52,269 bases of DNA from contig JAFGBY010000112.1 of the NCBI GenBank assembly GCA_016932915.1, forward strand, positions 1-52,269, in the 5' to 3' direction. The DNA comes from Acidobacteriota bacterium. Lineage in GTDB: Bacteria > Acidobacteriota > DATKUA01 > JAFGBY01. Position numbers and translations under genes: made by a program. Below the pieces are notes generated by a model. That model was given only the letters and a program-made list of their open reading frames with translations. It did not search any database and was not told the DNA's origin. Below are positions 31,901 through 40,900 of this stretch, piece after piece. How positions within the stretch are numbered: position 1 is the stretch's first letter; every line of letters begins with the position of its first letter.

Positions 31901-32273
31901 TTTCTGCTTTTTCAGGAAATCTATCGATGACCTTGTCGACTTCCTCCCGGATATTGAGGACGGCGTATTTTATATCGGCGCCCCAGTGAAAATTGACAGT
32001 GACTGTTGATAGTTCTTTCTCGGAAATCGAACTGATTCTCCTGATATTCGGTATACTTTTCAACCCTGATACAAGGATGGTAGATATTTCTTCTTCAACG
32101 TCACTGGCGGAAGCATCCGGGTATTCGGTTGTTATTGTAACAGTCGGAAATTCGATATCAGGAAGCAGGTCAATTGAAAGCTCCTTGTAAGAAGCAAAGC
32201 CGAAAATAATAATTGCCGAAACCAGCATAAGCGTGGTCACCGGCCTGTTCAGTGAAAATTGAGTGACCTTCAT
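28941..32273 (-). CDS. RND efflux permease (AcrB/AcrD/AcrF family) with central hydrophobic insertion
   Basis: RPVTT, LLPDIEFP, GMLVDNAIITIENI, AAQFESLKNP, RLRPILMTT; 1110 aa. Confidence 0.92.
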   Translation of the reverse strand: MKVTQFSLNRPVTTLMLVSAIIIFGFASYKELSIDLLPDIEFPTVTITTEYPDASASDVEEEISTILVSGLKSIPNIRRISSISEKELSTVTVNFHWGADIKYAVLNIREEVDKVIDRFPEKAETPIITPLNPATSPIMTLSVSSTTSSLAELQDTARFIIKPRLEQQRGIASAEVNSIGRKEIQISLIPEMVELYNIKPNEISSIIKRLETRSSGTIKKGEYRYSIIIEWTLQDISDLKALEIKLENGLIVPLSNIADIQERIVKLNNFSRWNGKEIISIDIYKEYGRNTMLVSKEAETVVEELNKTYPNFNVEIINRQDDFISGAINSVIQSLIIGGILAFIVLFLFLNNFRVSLIIGISIPVSIIGTFTAFYLAGVNINLMTLGGLALAVGMLVDNAIITIENIFRYKTGKTKAYDAAFKGTSEIGMAITASTLTTVAVFLPIVYVRGVAAALFRDQAISITFALLISLLTSLTIIPLLSMKLMSKRTSDKKDKFGFKEQWKRYAESISLFKADSWKQITGRFHNFKIWKIYIVIIFLLHTAFYIFSEIIKIFLLFIFFILESITDFIVQIIIPPVKKIISLLSSLFSAAGNGFQDFYKKIEDLYHNLEIKALEKKSVVLLTILGLFLAALFITFNMETRLIPETDTGIYRIVLNLPDNLVAEKIESEAAKIEKDFQNSKAVKNIFTVMDKNSESGKNLIFKIQLVKGYTVDDLPVLLKEIKHLEGFSYTIEPEYSILEQLIMILKSRFSIKVYAHDTDEAYKAALKVLTTLKNETGLFENPEITNYETEKILKAEFKEDIIFINGLDKNDISNFIVSNLQGEVPLSIKKVGEKITIRLKTGLEDYKNITELKNIVYSDKTGRKFTLESLCSFKEDEYLSAIHSDESKPFIEISMDLTGSLNKARAFISRIRTKIDLPDDVNINVSGEYEEMKDSFKSLSLALLLSAFLIYMIIAAQFESLKNPFIIICTIPLGFIGTVFTLLIFSQSMNIISIIGFIVLTGIIVNDAIVKVDRINQLRDEGMALRESIITAGLQRLRPILMTTVTTVFGLLPMAIIPGEGSEIYRPLAWVIIGGESIGTILTIFLIPVMYEIFNKKNEKEQVKTGK

Positions 32274-32455
32274 ACTTATAATACCATTAAATAATTTACG
32301 TTACTTTATCACATTCGGTTATATTGACAAGGAGTATCTTTTACATTTCCTCTTGTGGATATTTTAAATAACGTATTAAATAGTTACTGCTCAATGGAAT
32401 ACGTATGATGTCCTTCCGTAAGTTACATGTGAACATTCAGAATGAAGGAGAATAA

Positions 32456-32932
32456 ATGAGCAATCTTCCTAATGAATTATTGAAACCAGGGACCGAGGCG
32501 CCCGATTTCTGCCTGCCGTCTACACCGGATCAGAAAGTATCACTTAGCGAGTTTCGTGGAAAACCAGTTGTGCTAGCTTTTTACCCGGCAGATTGGAGTC
32601 CTGTATGCGGCGACCAGATGTCTTTATATAACGAAATCTTCAGTGAGTTTAAAGAATTTGACGCGCAGATAATCGGTATATCCGTAGATAATATCTGGAG
32701 TCATCTCGCATTCAGTAAACATAACAAACTCAAGTTTTCGATATTGTCGGATTTTGAGCCAAAAGGCCAGACAGCGAAGGAATACGGCGCTTATCGTGAA
32801 AAAGATGGCGTAACCGAAAGGGCATTATTTGTTATCGATAAAAATGGAATCATCAGATGGAGTTATCTCTCTCCCGTCGGTGTGAATCCCGGCGCAGATG
32901 GTATCCTTGAAGCGTTGGAAAATCTCGAATAA
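32456..32932 (+). CDS. Peroxiredoxin, AhpC/TSA family (AhpE-like)
   Basis: APDF, FYPADWSPVC (PxxxSxxC), GISVD, LSDF, ERALFVID; SD AAGGAG. Confidence 0.85.
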   Translation: MSNLPNELLKPGTEAPDFCLPSTPDQKVSLSEFRGKPVVLAFYPADWSPVCGDQMSLYNEIFSEFKEFDAQIIGISVDNIWSHLAFSKHNKLKFSILSDFEPKGQTAKEYGAYREKDGVTERALFVIDKNGIIRWSYLSPVGVNPGADGILEALENLE

Positions 32933-33465
32933 TGAGTGTTAAAAAAGGATTATCTCTGCCTGTCGGGGAAAGAGACTGGGTAACGGGGCCGGAAAACGCC
33001 AGGATTACTCTTGTCGAGTACGGCGATTTCGAATGTCCTCAGTGCGGAAAAGCATATCCAGCAGTTAAAGAACTGCTTGCTGATTTCCCAGAAGATGTTC
33101 GACTGGTATTCCGGCATTTCCCATTGAAAACGATCCATGACAATGCTGAGAATGCAGCGCTGGCAGCTGAAGCTGCCGGGCACCAGGGAAAATTCTGGGA
33201 AATGCACAGTATGTTGTTTGAAAACAGATTTAACCTGGAACCGGATGATCTTTTTTCGTATGGTACACAGCTTGGTCTGGATAGTGTGATGTTTGAGCAG
33301 GATATTCTTGAAAAGACTTATTCCAAGAAAGTTACTGAGGATTTCCGTAGCGGTGTGCGAAGCGGCGTCAACGGTACCCCAACATTTTTTATCAATGGAG
33401 ACAGGTATAACGGCCTGTTCTATAAATGGGATTTAAGCGAGGCAATTAAGAAATATCTCAAGTAA
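32932..33465 (+). CDS. DsbA-like thioredoxin-fold oxidoreductase without signal peptide
   Basis: EYGDFECPQC, FRHFPL, GKFWEMH, GVNGTPTFFING; translationally coupled (TAATG). Confidence 0.88.
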   Translation: MSVKKGLSLPVGERDWVTGPENARITLVEYGDFECPQCGKAYPAVKELLADFPEDVRLVFRHFPLKTIHDNAENAALAAEAAGHQGKFWEMHSMLFENRFNLEPDDLFSYGTQLGLDSVMFEQDILEKTYSKKVTEDFRSGVRSGVNGTPTFFINGDRYNGLFYKWDLSEAIKKYLK

Positions 33466-33489
33466 TATATTAAATTGAAACATATTATC

Positions 33490-33751
33490 GGAGCAAGTGG
33501 TCTTCGACACATCCTGCTCCTGCCAATGAAAAAATCAGGGCGTGATAACATATCACGCCCGACAGAACAATCGTCATTCCGGCGGTAAAACAGAAACGGA
33601 AATTTATACCGTGATGTCCATATTTGATTACTGATCATCCAGCAAAGAAGCCGGAATCCTTAACTCAGTACTGAAAGTGTGTTATTTAGTTTTTCTTATT
33701 AATAAATTTCAGAATTAGTAATACAAGGATTTCCGCTTTCGCGGAAATGAC
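33490..33751. repeat. Cluster of REP-like palindromes including a CGTC-tagged REP-like dimer
   Basis: Hairpins GGAGCA..TGCTCC (33490-33520) and GGGCGTGATA-ACA-TATCACGCCC (33538-33560); CGTCATTCCGGC(33572-83)..GCCGGAATCC(33650-59)..GGATTTCCGCTTTCGCGGAAATGAC(33727-51). Confidence 0.6.
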
Positions 33752-33847
33752 TACCTTTTTTATTATATCCTATGGAGCAATCCAGTAGAAAAATTTTGCT
33801 TATAATTATAAATATCGTATCTTGTTAACTCGTTTTTGGAGAAAAAG

Positions 33848-34417
33848 ATGTCATTGATTGAAATTATCGCGCTGGCCGGAGCACTTGCGGTAGATGCTTT
33901 CTCAGTAGGCGCTGCGGTCGGTATAATACATAATACCCGAAGAGAGATATTGCGGCTTTCTTTCCATTTTGGCCTTTTTCAATCACTGATGACTGTAATA
34001 GGATATCTTGCAGGGTCATTGCTGATTGTCTATATATCCGATTATGACCATTGGATTATCTTTAGTATCCTCGCTTTCCTGGGATTCAGATTTATTGCCA
34101 CAGGCCTTAAACACAAAGATGATGTGAAACCTGAAAATTCGGTTAACCTTACAAAAGGTATTACAATGATAGCGCTGTCTCTTTCTGTGAGTATCGATGC
34201 GCTTGGCGCCGGGATTGGGTTGAGAGTAATCGATGTTAATGTGCGTCTTGCAGTCGCCTTGATCGGGATTGTATCTTTAATTGCCACTGCAATAGCCATG
34301 AATCTTGCCAGGAAGATTTCACCAAGGAGCAGATCAATGGCTATAATTATTGCCGGTATCGTACTCAGTATCCTTGGATTGAAAATTCTGATCGAACATC
34401 TTTGCGGTTTTTGCTAG
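33848..34417 (+). CDS. mntP: Manganese efflux pump MntP family protein
   Basis: ALAVDAFSV, FGLFQSLM, DHWI, SVSIDAL; ATG 33848 after GGAG. Confidence 0.9.
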   Translation: MSLIEIIALAGALAVDAFSVGAAVGIIHNTRREILRLSFHFGLFQSLMTVIGYLAGSLLIVYISDYDHWIIFSILAFLGFRFIATGLKHKDDVKPENSVNLTKGITMIALSLSVSIDALGAGIGLRVIDVNVRLAVALIGIVSLIATAIAMNLARKISPRSRSMAIIIAGIVLSILGLKILIEHLCGFC

Positions 34418-34419
34418 AT

Positions 34420-34453
34420 AAAAAAACCGCCCGATTATTTTAAATCGAGCGGT
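34420..34453 (-). terminator. Intrinsic terminator of tricorn gene (between convergent genes)
   Basis: Minus strand ACCGCTCGATT-loop-AATCGGGCGGT followed by TTTTTT. Confidence 0.7.
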
Positions 34454-34494
34454 ATCAGTGAAAATATAAAAAGGCTTCTGTTGCCCTTCCTTAT

Positions 34495-37400
34495 TTACTT
34501 TATTTTAATTGGATCAGCCGGTTTAGGTGGTAGTTTAACTGGCTCTTCCTGGATCTTCTTCATGATGATTTCGATTGCTTTATCCATCTGAGGATCCCTG
34601 TTTTTAACCTGGTCTACCGGGTCAGTGTCGATGATTATATCAGGTGTCACTCCTGTATTTTCCATCCACCATTCACCTTTCAGGTTGTATGATCCGGTTT
34701 GAGGTACGATTTCATAACCTCCATCCATCAACGGGTGAACCTGGTAATAACCTACAACTCCTCCCCATGTCCTGGTGCCGATGACCGGCCCAAGTTTATA
34801 CTGCTGGAAGAAATTGGGGAAGTTATCCCCGTCCGATGCAGCGTAAAGGTTAGTGAGCATTACAAGGTGCCCTGCGAATGCTGCATTCGGATAAGTTCCT
34901 CCACCGAAGAGGCGATTGTAGCGCATACCCACTACGATTCTTCTCAATCTCTCGAGAATCATCTGGCTTACGAATCCGCCGCCGTTGTAACGGTCATCAA
35001 CGATTATTCCTTCCTTGTCAATCTGGGCATACCATGTTTTTACAAACTGGTTGAGGCCATGGCCTCCCATGTCGGGAACATGTACGTATCCGATCCTGCC
35101 GTTTGTCTTTTTCTGAACATAATCGTAGTTTTCCTGTACCCAGGTGAGGTAGGCGATTTCGCCTTCATCCGCGATAGGTTTAACGCTCACTGTCCATGCG
35201 CCTTTTTCTTCCGGCTTGTCGTTCAGTTTAAGTACAACTATTGTTTTTAGTGTCTTTTGCAGAAGGCGATAGGGATTTTCCGGGTATTTCAGCTTTTTGC
35301 CATTAATTTCAAGGATGTAATCACCCGCTTTTGCTTTCACCCCTACTTCTACAAGAGGAGATCTTGCTGCATCGTTCCAGTTTTCGCCTTTGTAGATTTT
35401 TACTATTTTGTAGTAACCATTTTCGCCAACTTCAAATTCCGCTCCCAGCAGCCCAACGTCCGCTGTCTGGAGTTCGGGCAGGTCACCACCGCCTGTATAA
35501 GAGTGGCTTGTACAGAGTTCACCGATGGTTTCACCAATCAGGTAAGTCAGGTCACGCCTGTGCGACAGCTGGCCTACCAGGGTAGAATATCTTTTAAAGA
35601 TACCATCCCAGTCAACTCCATGCAGATTGGAGATATAGTATGTTGCTTTAGGTAATCTCCAAGCTTCAGTGAAAATCTGTTTCCATTCTGTTATTGGGTC
35701 TACAAGGGTTTCCAGCCCGGAGATATCAACAAGGCCTTCACCGGTATTGATTTTATCAGTTTTTGCTGGGGCAATGCCCATTGTCGTTCCCTTTTGCCAG
35801 AGGATATTTTTCCCATCCGGTGAAAGACCATAATTTCTTATTCCTTCAAGGATAAGTGTTTCTTTTTTCTTCTCCAGATCGAACGCATAGAGATTGCGAG
35901 CATTATTCTCTGCCTTGATATAGTAGAGAATACCAGGGATCGCGCTGAGGCCGAATACCTGGCTAGGAGTGACCGGCAATGCAGCTACCCTCATGCCAAG
36001 GTTTTTAATATCTATCTTGATATCCTTGATTTCCTTTTTATCTGCATCTTTCTTGTCGTCTTTCTTTTCATTCTTGAGTACCACTTCGTCGCTCTCAGGT
36101 TTGAATAGAGAATCGGAACCATCAGAAAGAGTAGCGACATAAACTCGATCTAAATTGTCATAATGGAAATTGGATTCAAAATTGCTGAACTGAGGGCTGA
36201 AATCTCTTGAAGAGATAAAGAAGAGGTATTTACCATCGATATCGAATACCGGTTCTGTTTCGTTTGTTGCCCGGCTGGTAACCTGATGGATTATAGCATC
36301 TTCCAGGTTATAAAGGTAAATCGATGAGAAAACCTGATCATGTTGTTTGCTGTACGTGAGCCATTTACTGTCCGGGGACCACATATAGTCCCTTATACGT
36401 CCGACTTCAGCAGTATCGACTTTGGTTATCTTCTTAGTTTTTACATCGATGTAATAGAAGTCGTGCATCTCACCCCAGAAAGCGATTTTGTTTCCATCCG
36501 GTGACCAGGAAGGATTCCTTAGAATCTGGTCTCCACCGGATGTCAACTGTGTTGTCGATTCACCCATGGCATCGGTTATATAGAGTTCTTCTTTTCCGGT
36601 TTTATCTGAGATATAAGCGATCCATTTTCCATCCGGGCTCCAGTTCACGTCCCTTTCCCTTGCTCCTGTGCTTTCTGAAAGGTTGCGGGTGTTGCCTTTT
36701 TCTGCTGGAACTGTAAACAGCTCACCACGCGCCGTGAGTGCTACTCTTTTTGCTCCAGGAGCGAGAGATGAAGAATCAACTCTGGACGCTAGTTTCATGT
36801 AATAAGGCCTGAGGCTTGCCCTGTCGTACTTGATATTGAATGTGAGTGGCGCAATTTTTTCATCAGAATAAGCCATTTTGTAAAGTTTCCCGCCCATCTC
36901 AAAGATAATGGCATCCGGCCCATGGCCAGGCCACTTAATATCCCAGTCTTTATAATCGGTAACCTGGGTAATCTCCTTGGATGTGGTGTTGTATTTATAG
37001 AGGTTGGATTTTCCAGTTTTATCCGCCACGAAATAGATATTATCCCCATGCCATATCGGATGATGTTCTGTGCCTATCCAATCGGTTATTTTTTCAATTT
37101 TGTCTACATTATAATCATAAATCCAGATATTCTGGGCCATTCCGCCTTTATATCTTTTCCAGGTACGGAAATCACGGTATACACGGTTAAGTGCAATCTT
37201 TTTCCCATCTGGAGAGAAAGACATCGAACCGCCTTCCGCAAATGGCATCGGCTCAGGAAATCCGCCGTTAATGCTTATTTTATATAACCTACCGACAAAC
37301 GCATCCCAGAAACCTTTAAAACCACGGAAAATTATATATTTCCCGTCCGGGGTCCAATCCATGACATGTTTGTCATACCCGAATCTGTCCGGCAGCTCAG

Positions 37401-37728
37401 TTGTGGGGTAGTAGGTCAATTGTTTGGGTTCTCCACCATCCACAGGGATCAGATATACCTGCCAGTACCCGTCGTACTGACCGGTAAAAGCGATCCATTT
37501 CCCATCTGGCGAGAATTTAGGAAAGTACTCCACGCCCGGGTGGGATGTAAGCCTTTTAATGTTTGTACCATCTACATTTGCAGTCCAGATATCCCCGGCG
37601 TATGAAAATGCGACTGTATCTTTATAGATATCAGGATACCTGAGCATAAGTGTCTCATTTTCCGCTGTAGCATAAAGCGGCAGCAGCAGAGATACTAAAA
37701 GAATCAGAAAAAGTTTTTTCTTTAACAT
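34495..37728 (-). CDS. Tricorn protease (S41 family) with signal peptide, beta-propellers and PDZ domain
   Basis: PD40/WD40-like repeats (FSPDGKWIAF, WSPDGK), ELCTSH, GYVHVPDM, DDRYNGGG, catalytic AASDGD, GTRTWGG. Confidence 0.93.
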   Translation of the reverse strand: MLKKKLFLILLVSLLLPLYATAENETLMLRYPDIYKDTVAFSYAGDIWTANVDGTNIKRLTSHPGVEYFPKFSPDGKWIAFTGQYDGYWQVYLIPVDGGEPKQLTYYPTTELPDRFGYDKHVMDWTPDGKYIIFRGFKGFWDAFVGRLYKISINGGFPEPMPFAEGGSMSFSPDGKKIALNRVYRDFRTWKRYKGGMAQNIWIYDYNVDKIEKITDWIGTEHHPIWHGDNIYFVADKTGKSNLYKYNTTSKEITQVTDYKDWDIKWPGHGPDAIIFEMGGKLYKMAYSDEKIAPLTFNIKYDRASLRPYYMKLASRVDSSSLAPGAKRVALTARGELFTVPAEKGNTRNLSESTGARERDVNWSPDGKWIAYISDKTGKEELYITDAMGESTTQLTSGGDQILRNPSWSPDGNKIAFWGEMHDFYYIDVKTKKITKVDTAEVGRIRDYMWSPDSKWLTYSKQHDQVFSSIYLYNLEDAIIHQVTSRATNETEPVFDIDGKYLFFISSRDFSPQFSNFESNFHYDNLDRVYVATLSDGSDSLFKPESDEVVLKNEKKDDKKDADKKEIKDIKIDIKNLGMRVAALPVTPSQVFGLSAIPGILYYIKAENNARNLYAFDLEKKKETLILEGIRNYGLSPDGKNILWQKGTTMGIAPAKTDKINTGEGLVDISGLETLVDPITEWKQIFTEAWRLPKATYYISNLHGVDWDGIFKRYSTLVGQLSHRRDLTYLIGETIGELCTSHSYTGGGDLPELQTADVGLLGAEFEVGENGYYKIVKIYKGENWNDAARSPLVEVGVKAKAGDYILEINGKKLKYPENPYRLLQKTLKTIVVLKLNDKPEEKGAWTVSVKPIADEGEIAYLTWVQENYDYVQKKTNGRIGYVHVPDMGGHGLNQFVKTWYAQIDKEGIIVDDRYNGGGFVSQMILERLRRIVVGMRYNRLFGGGTYPNAAFAGHLVMLTNLYAASDGDNFPNFFQQYKLGPVIGTRTWGGVVGYYQVHPLMDGGYEIVPQTGSYNLKGEWWMENTGVTPDIIIDTDPVDQVKNRDPQMDKAIEIIMKKIQEEPVKLPPKPADPIKIK

Positions 37729-37775
37729 CTTTCCTCCTATGATAAAAAATTATACGAAGTTTCTGGTTATTCTAT

Positions 37776-39203
37776 TCAAGAATAAATTGCGGTTTTAACC
37801 TTGTGAAAATCATGTTTTCCACAGGTCAATATAAAGAGCGCGGGTGCTTGTTTCCGAAGTATATCAAGCATCTTATTAGCTAAATTGCGGATATCCCATT
37901 GAGCATGTTCGTCTTCACGGAGCCTGGAGAAGTGATATATCTCTCGTGCGTTCATTTTTATCAGGATTTTTCTGCGGTGAGAATTAAGCAGCGCATAAGG
38001 TGTAGCTGCCGGAGTGTAATCTATTATTTTATCGAAAATCAGTTCGGCCTTTTTTCTTATTTCATCCAGAAGACCTTCCTGGTCTGTTTCTAGTATGGAT
38101 TCCGGTATCGTTATTCCGAGTTCGGGATTATATCCAGAGGTCAGTATCGTCGCCATCCGGTGCCGTTTCATCTGAGCGAAACAGCTGGAGCTGATTGTCA
38201 GTTCAAAGGTAAATTCTGCAAGCTCGAATTCTCTTGGTACCTGATCCCAGGGCTCCATGTTTGCAAGCCGTTTTATAATGAAATTCTTTTTTTCTTCCTG
38301 GCTCATTTTGGATGCTGTATCAATTGCTATTTTCCATGATCCCGTCTGTGGGAACAGAATTGCTGCGATGATTTTTTCCTCAGCATTCTGAGTTTCGTCC
38401 AAAAGAAGTACTTCTTCCGAACCAGCAGCGATTTGATTTACAGTTTTTCTGATTTCTGAATCCAGAGGTGCCGGGCTGTACTCTCTTGGTTCGATATATT
38501 TAATAAGTGAGGGAGCGAGTTGATAGACTATATTGTATATTTTTCCTGAGAGTTCCTGAAGTTCCAGGAGTTTTTCTCCATTTAGTCTTCGGAGCATATA
38601 CTCCAGGTTTCTTGCGTTTATAGTCATTCCAAGCTGAGATGTTGTCGAAAGGGGAAGCAGGTAGCGGGCATCTTCTTTTGCAAGCCCTTCGATCATTCTC
38701 ATTTCAGATTTTTTATTTTTAGCTTCCGGGTATTTATCGAAGAAATATGGCTTAAGTTTTCCCAGGGCTTGATTATACGCTTGGAAACATTCATGGACGA
38801 ATTCGTTATATTCTTTTTCGATTGGTTTGCCCTTGATCTCCTGAGGTGTCACAAAATCTTTTCCGATTTCGATGTATCTTTGTGATTTTTCTGTATACGA
38901 ATTTAATCGGTGAGCCTGTATTGCCTCAACCGCCAATCTTGATACACCTAATATATCCAGGTTAAATACAGCATGTTCTGCTACCGAGGAATGACCAAGA
39001 CCGAATACTATAGTCTGGTTGGATTTCCTTGCTTTTTCTACATCATGTAATGATTGTGCCCTAAGCTCCGGTATGGGACGGGGGTCCCTGCTGATTCTCG
39101 CATATGCTGCTGAAAGAGTTTCCGGCGTTACTGATTCATTGTTCCTGGCAATTTCAGCCAGTAATTCAGAATCTATGTTATAGCCGGCTATCAGGACTTC
39201 CAT
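37776..39203 (-). CDS. thyX: FAD-dependent thymidylate synthase, tandem double-ThyX-domain type
   Basis: GHSSVAEH, HRLNSYTEKSQRY, EDARYLLP, NARNL; second domain RHRMAT, NAREIYHF, HAQWDIR; 475 aa. Confidence 0.88.
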   Translation of the reverse strand: MEVLIAGYNIDSELLAEIARNNESVTPETLSAAYARISRDPRPIPELRAQSLHDVEKARKSNQTIVFGLGHSSVAEHAVFNLDILGVSRLAVEAIQAHRLNSYTEKSQRYIEIGKDFVTPQEIKGKPIEKEYNEFVHECFQAYNQALGKLKPYFFDKYPEAKNKKSEMRMIEGLAKEDARYLLPLSTTSQLGMTINARNLEYMLRRLNGEKLLELQELSGKIYNIVYQLAPSLIKYIEPREYSPAPLDSEIRKTVNQIAAGSEEVLLLDETQNAEEKIIAAILFPQTGSWKIAIDTASKMSQEEKKNFIIKRLANMEPWDQVPREFELAEFTFELTISSSCFAQMKRHRMATILTSGYNPELGITIPESILETDQEGLLDEIRKKAELIFDKIIDYTPAATPYALLNSHRRKILIKMNAREIYHFSRLREDEHAQWDIRNLANKMLDILRKQAPALFILTCGKHDFHKVKTAIYS

Positions 39204-39283
39204 AGTAACGGGAGTATATCAGAAATTTCTGGAATTGAAATTGATATAAGGATAGAGCACATTGAAAATAGAAAAAAAGAAAG

Positions 39284-40003
39284 TTATCTTTTCCTTGCAG
39301 CGCTCTGTTTTGCCGCTTCTTCTTCCTTGCGGAGAAGCTGGTACATTTTTTCTATATTTGTGATAATAATTTTACGGCCGTTGAAATCAATTAATCCATC
39401 TTTTTTAAACTGGTTTAATACGGTCGAGGTCGTCTCGCGTGTTGCGCCTATCAGATTGCCCAATTCATACTGAGTGATTTTTATATCGAGTAGTATTCCA
39501 CCGTTTCGGGATAAACCATATTTTTTAGCCAGTTCGACAAGATTCCTGATGGCGCGAAGGCTAACATCACGGAAAACAAGTTCAGCAAGGTGATTTTCCA
39601 GGTCGATATTACGGGTCAGGAGCATCTGTGTAAACTTCAGGAAGAAATCCGGTTGTTTTATCAGTGCCTGTTTAAAATCAGCCCTGTTTATCATCAGTAT
39701 CTCGCAATCTTCCATTGCCTCAACTGATTCATAGCTGATACCTTCACCTAGAAGGGCATATTCACCGAATATGTCATAGGGTTTTAGTAACCTTACAATT
39801 TTCTCTTTGCCTCTCTTTGATAGCCTGTATACTTTCACAACTCCCTGACAGAGCATATAAATATACCTATACGGGCTTTCCGGCAGAAGTATCGTCTCCC
39901 GTTTTTTATACTTGTTTATGTTTCCGATAGAGCGCAAACTGTGAAAGTCCTCTAACGTAAACACAGACGGAACATACTCAAAACTCTGATAATTACTCAG
40001 CAT
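39284..40003 (-). CDS. Crp/Fnr family transcriptional regulator
   Basis: cNMP-binding fold (GVVKVY, GKEKI, DIFGE); HTH ITQYELGNLIGATRETTS. Confidence 0.93.
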   Translation of the reverse strand: MLSNYQSFEYVPSVFTLEDFHSLRSIGNINKYKKRETILLPESPYRYIYMLCQGVVKVYRLSKRGKEKIVRLLKPYDIFGEYALLGEGISYESVEAMEDCEILMINRADFKQALIKQPDFFLKFTQMLLTRNIDLENHLAELVFRDVSLRAIRNLVELAKKYGLSRNGGILLDIKITQYELGNLIGATRETTSTVLNQFKKDGLIDFNGRKIIITNIEKMYQLLRKEEEAAKQSAARKR

Positions 40004-40150
40004 ACAAGATAACCCATTAATTGTAATCTATTTAACATATTTTAGGTTAAAAGTCAAGTTCTGTGTTTTTGGCCTAACTTAGCATTAAATAAGAGGAAAT
40101 TCAGGATTTTGTTGATATTAGGAAGAGTAATTAATCGTTCATTCTGAGAA

Positions 40151-40894
40151 TTATTTCTGTCCCGAGAGATAATCAAGCACATAATCTTTTGCCAATAACG
40201 CTGATTCGTTCAGGAAAACTCCTTTTGAGAGGTAATATGTCAGAGCGGAAGAATGGCGGCAGCCAGTACCGTGAGTATTTTTTGCCTTGATGTATGTGGT
40301 CTGTATGATATTAGTGTTTTCCCCATCATAAACAAGATCAAACGAAGAACCTTTTCCTTCGTTGCCTGTGATAATGACTGATTTCAGGCAATATTTTTCG
40401 TGCATTTCGACTGCCATTTTAGTTGGTGAGATGTCCTTTCCGGTTTTGCCAAGTAGTTTTTTCGCCTCACCGCTGTTAGGGGTAATAACAGTAGTGTATG
40501 GGAAAATACGCTCTTTAATAACGTTAAAAGTCATATCATCGTTGAGGATAACTCCAGTCGTAGATTTAAAAATGGGATCCAGTACTACCTGCGGAGGCCG
40601 GTTTTTTTCGAGGACATCTGCTATTGCTCCGGCTATTGCCCGATTCCCCATCATCCCGATTTTTACTCCAACTATGCGAAATTCATCGAAGATTATTTCC
40701 AGCTGGTTTCTAATACTTTCTGGTTGCAGTGGATTAAATTCCTTGAAAGTTTTGCTGTTTTGGATTGTTATTGCTGTTACTACAGCAGCTGCTTTACCGC
40801 CGAGTTTATTAATAGTCTCAAGGTCAGCGACCAGGCCAGCTCCACCGGAAGGATCAAAACCGGCGATTATCAGTATCTTCGAATCTTTAGCCAT
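40151..40894 (-). CDS. thiD: Hydroxymethylpyrimidine/phosphomethylpyrimidine kinase
   Basis: IAGFDPSGGAGLVADL, TIQN, VKIGM, VLDP, ITPN, HGTGC. Confidence 0.9.
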   Translation of the reverse strand: MAKDSKILIIAGFDPSGGAGLVADLETINKLGGKAAAVVTAITIQNSKTFKEFNPLQPESIRNQLEIIFDEFRIVGVKIGMMGNRAIAGAIADVLEKNRPPQVVLDPIFKSTTGVILNDDMTFNVIKERIFPYTTVITPNSGEAKKLLGKTGKDISPTKMAVEMHEKYCLKSVIITGNEGKGSSFDLVYDGENTNIIQTTYIKAKNTHGTGCRHSSALTYYLSKGVFLNESALLAKDYVLDYLSGQK

Positions 40895-40900
40895 CTGATT

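Noticed and set aside
33752-33847. yybP-ykoY Mn riboswitch upstream of mntP
   Set aside because: No recognisable aptamer motifs; the sequence is AT-rich and unstructured.
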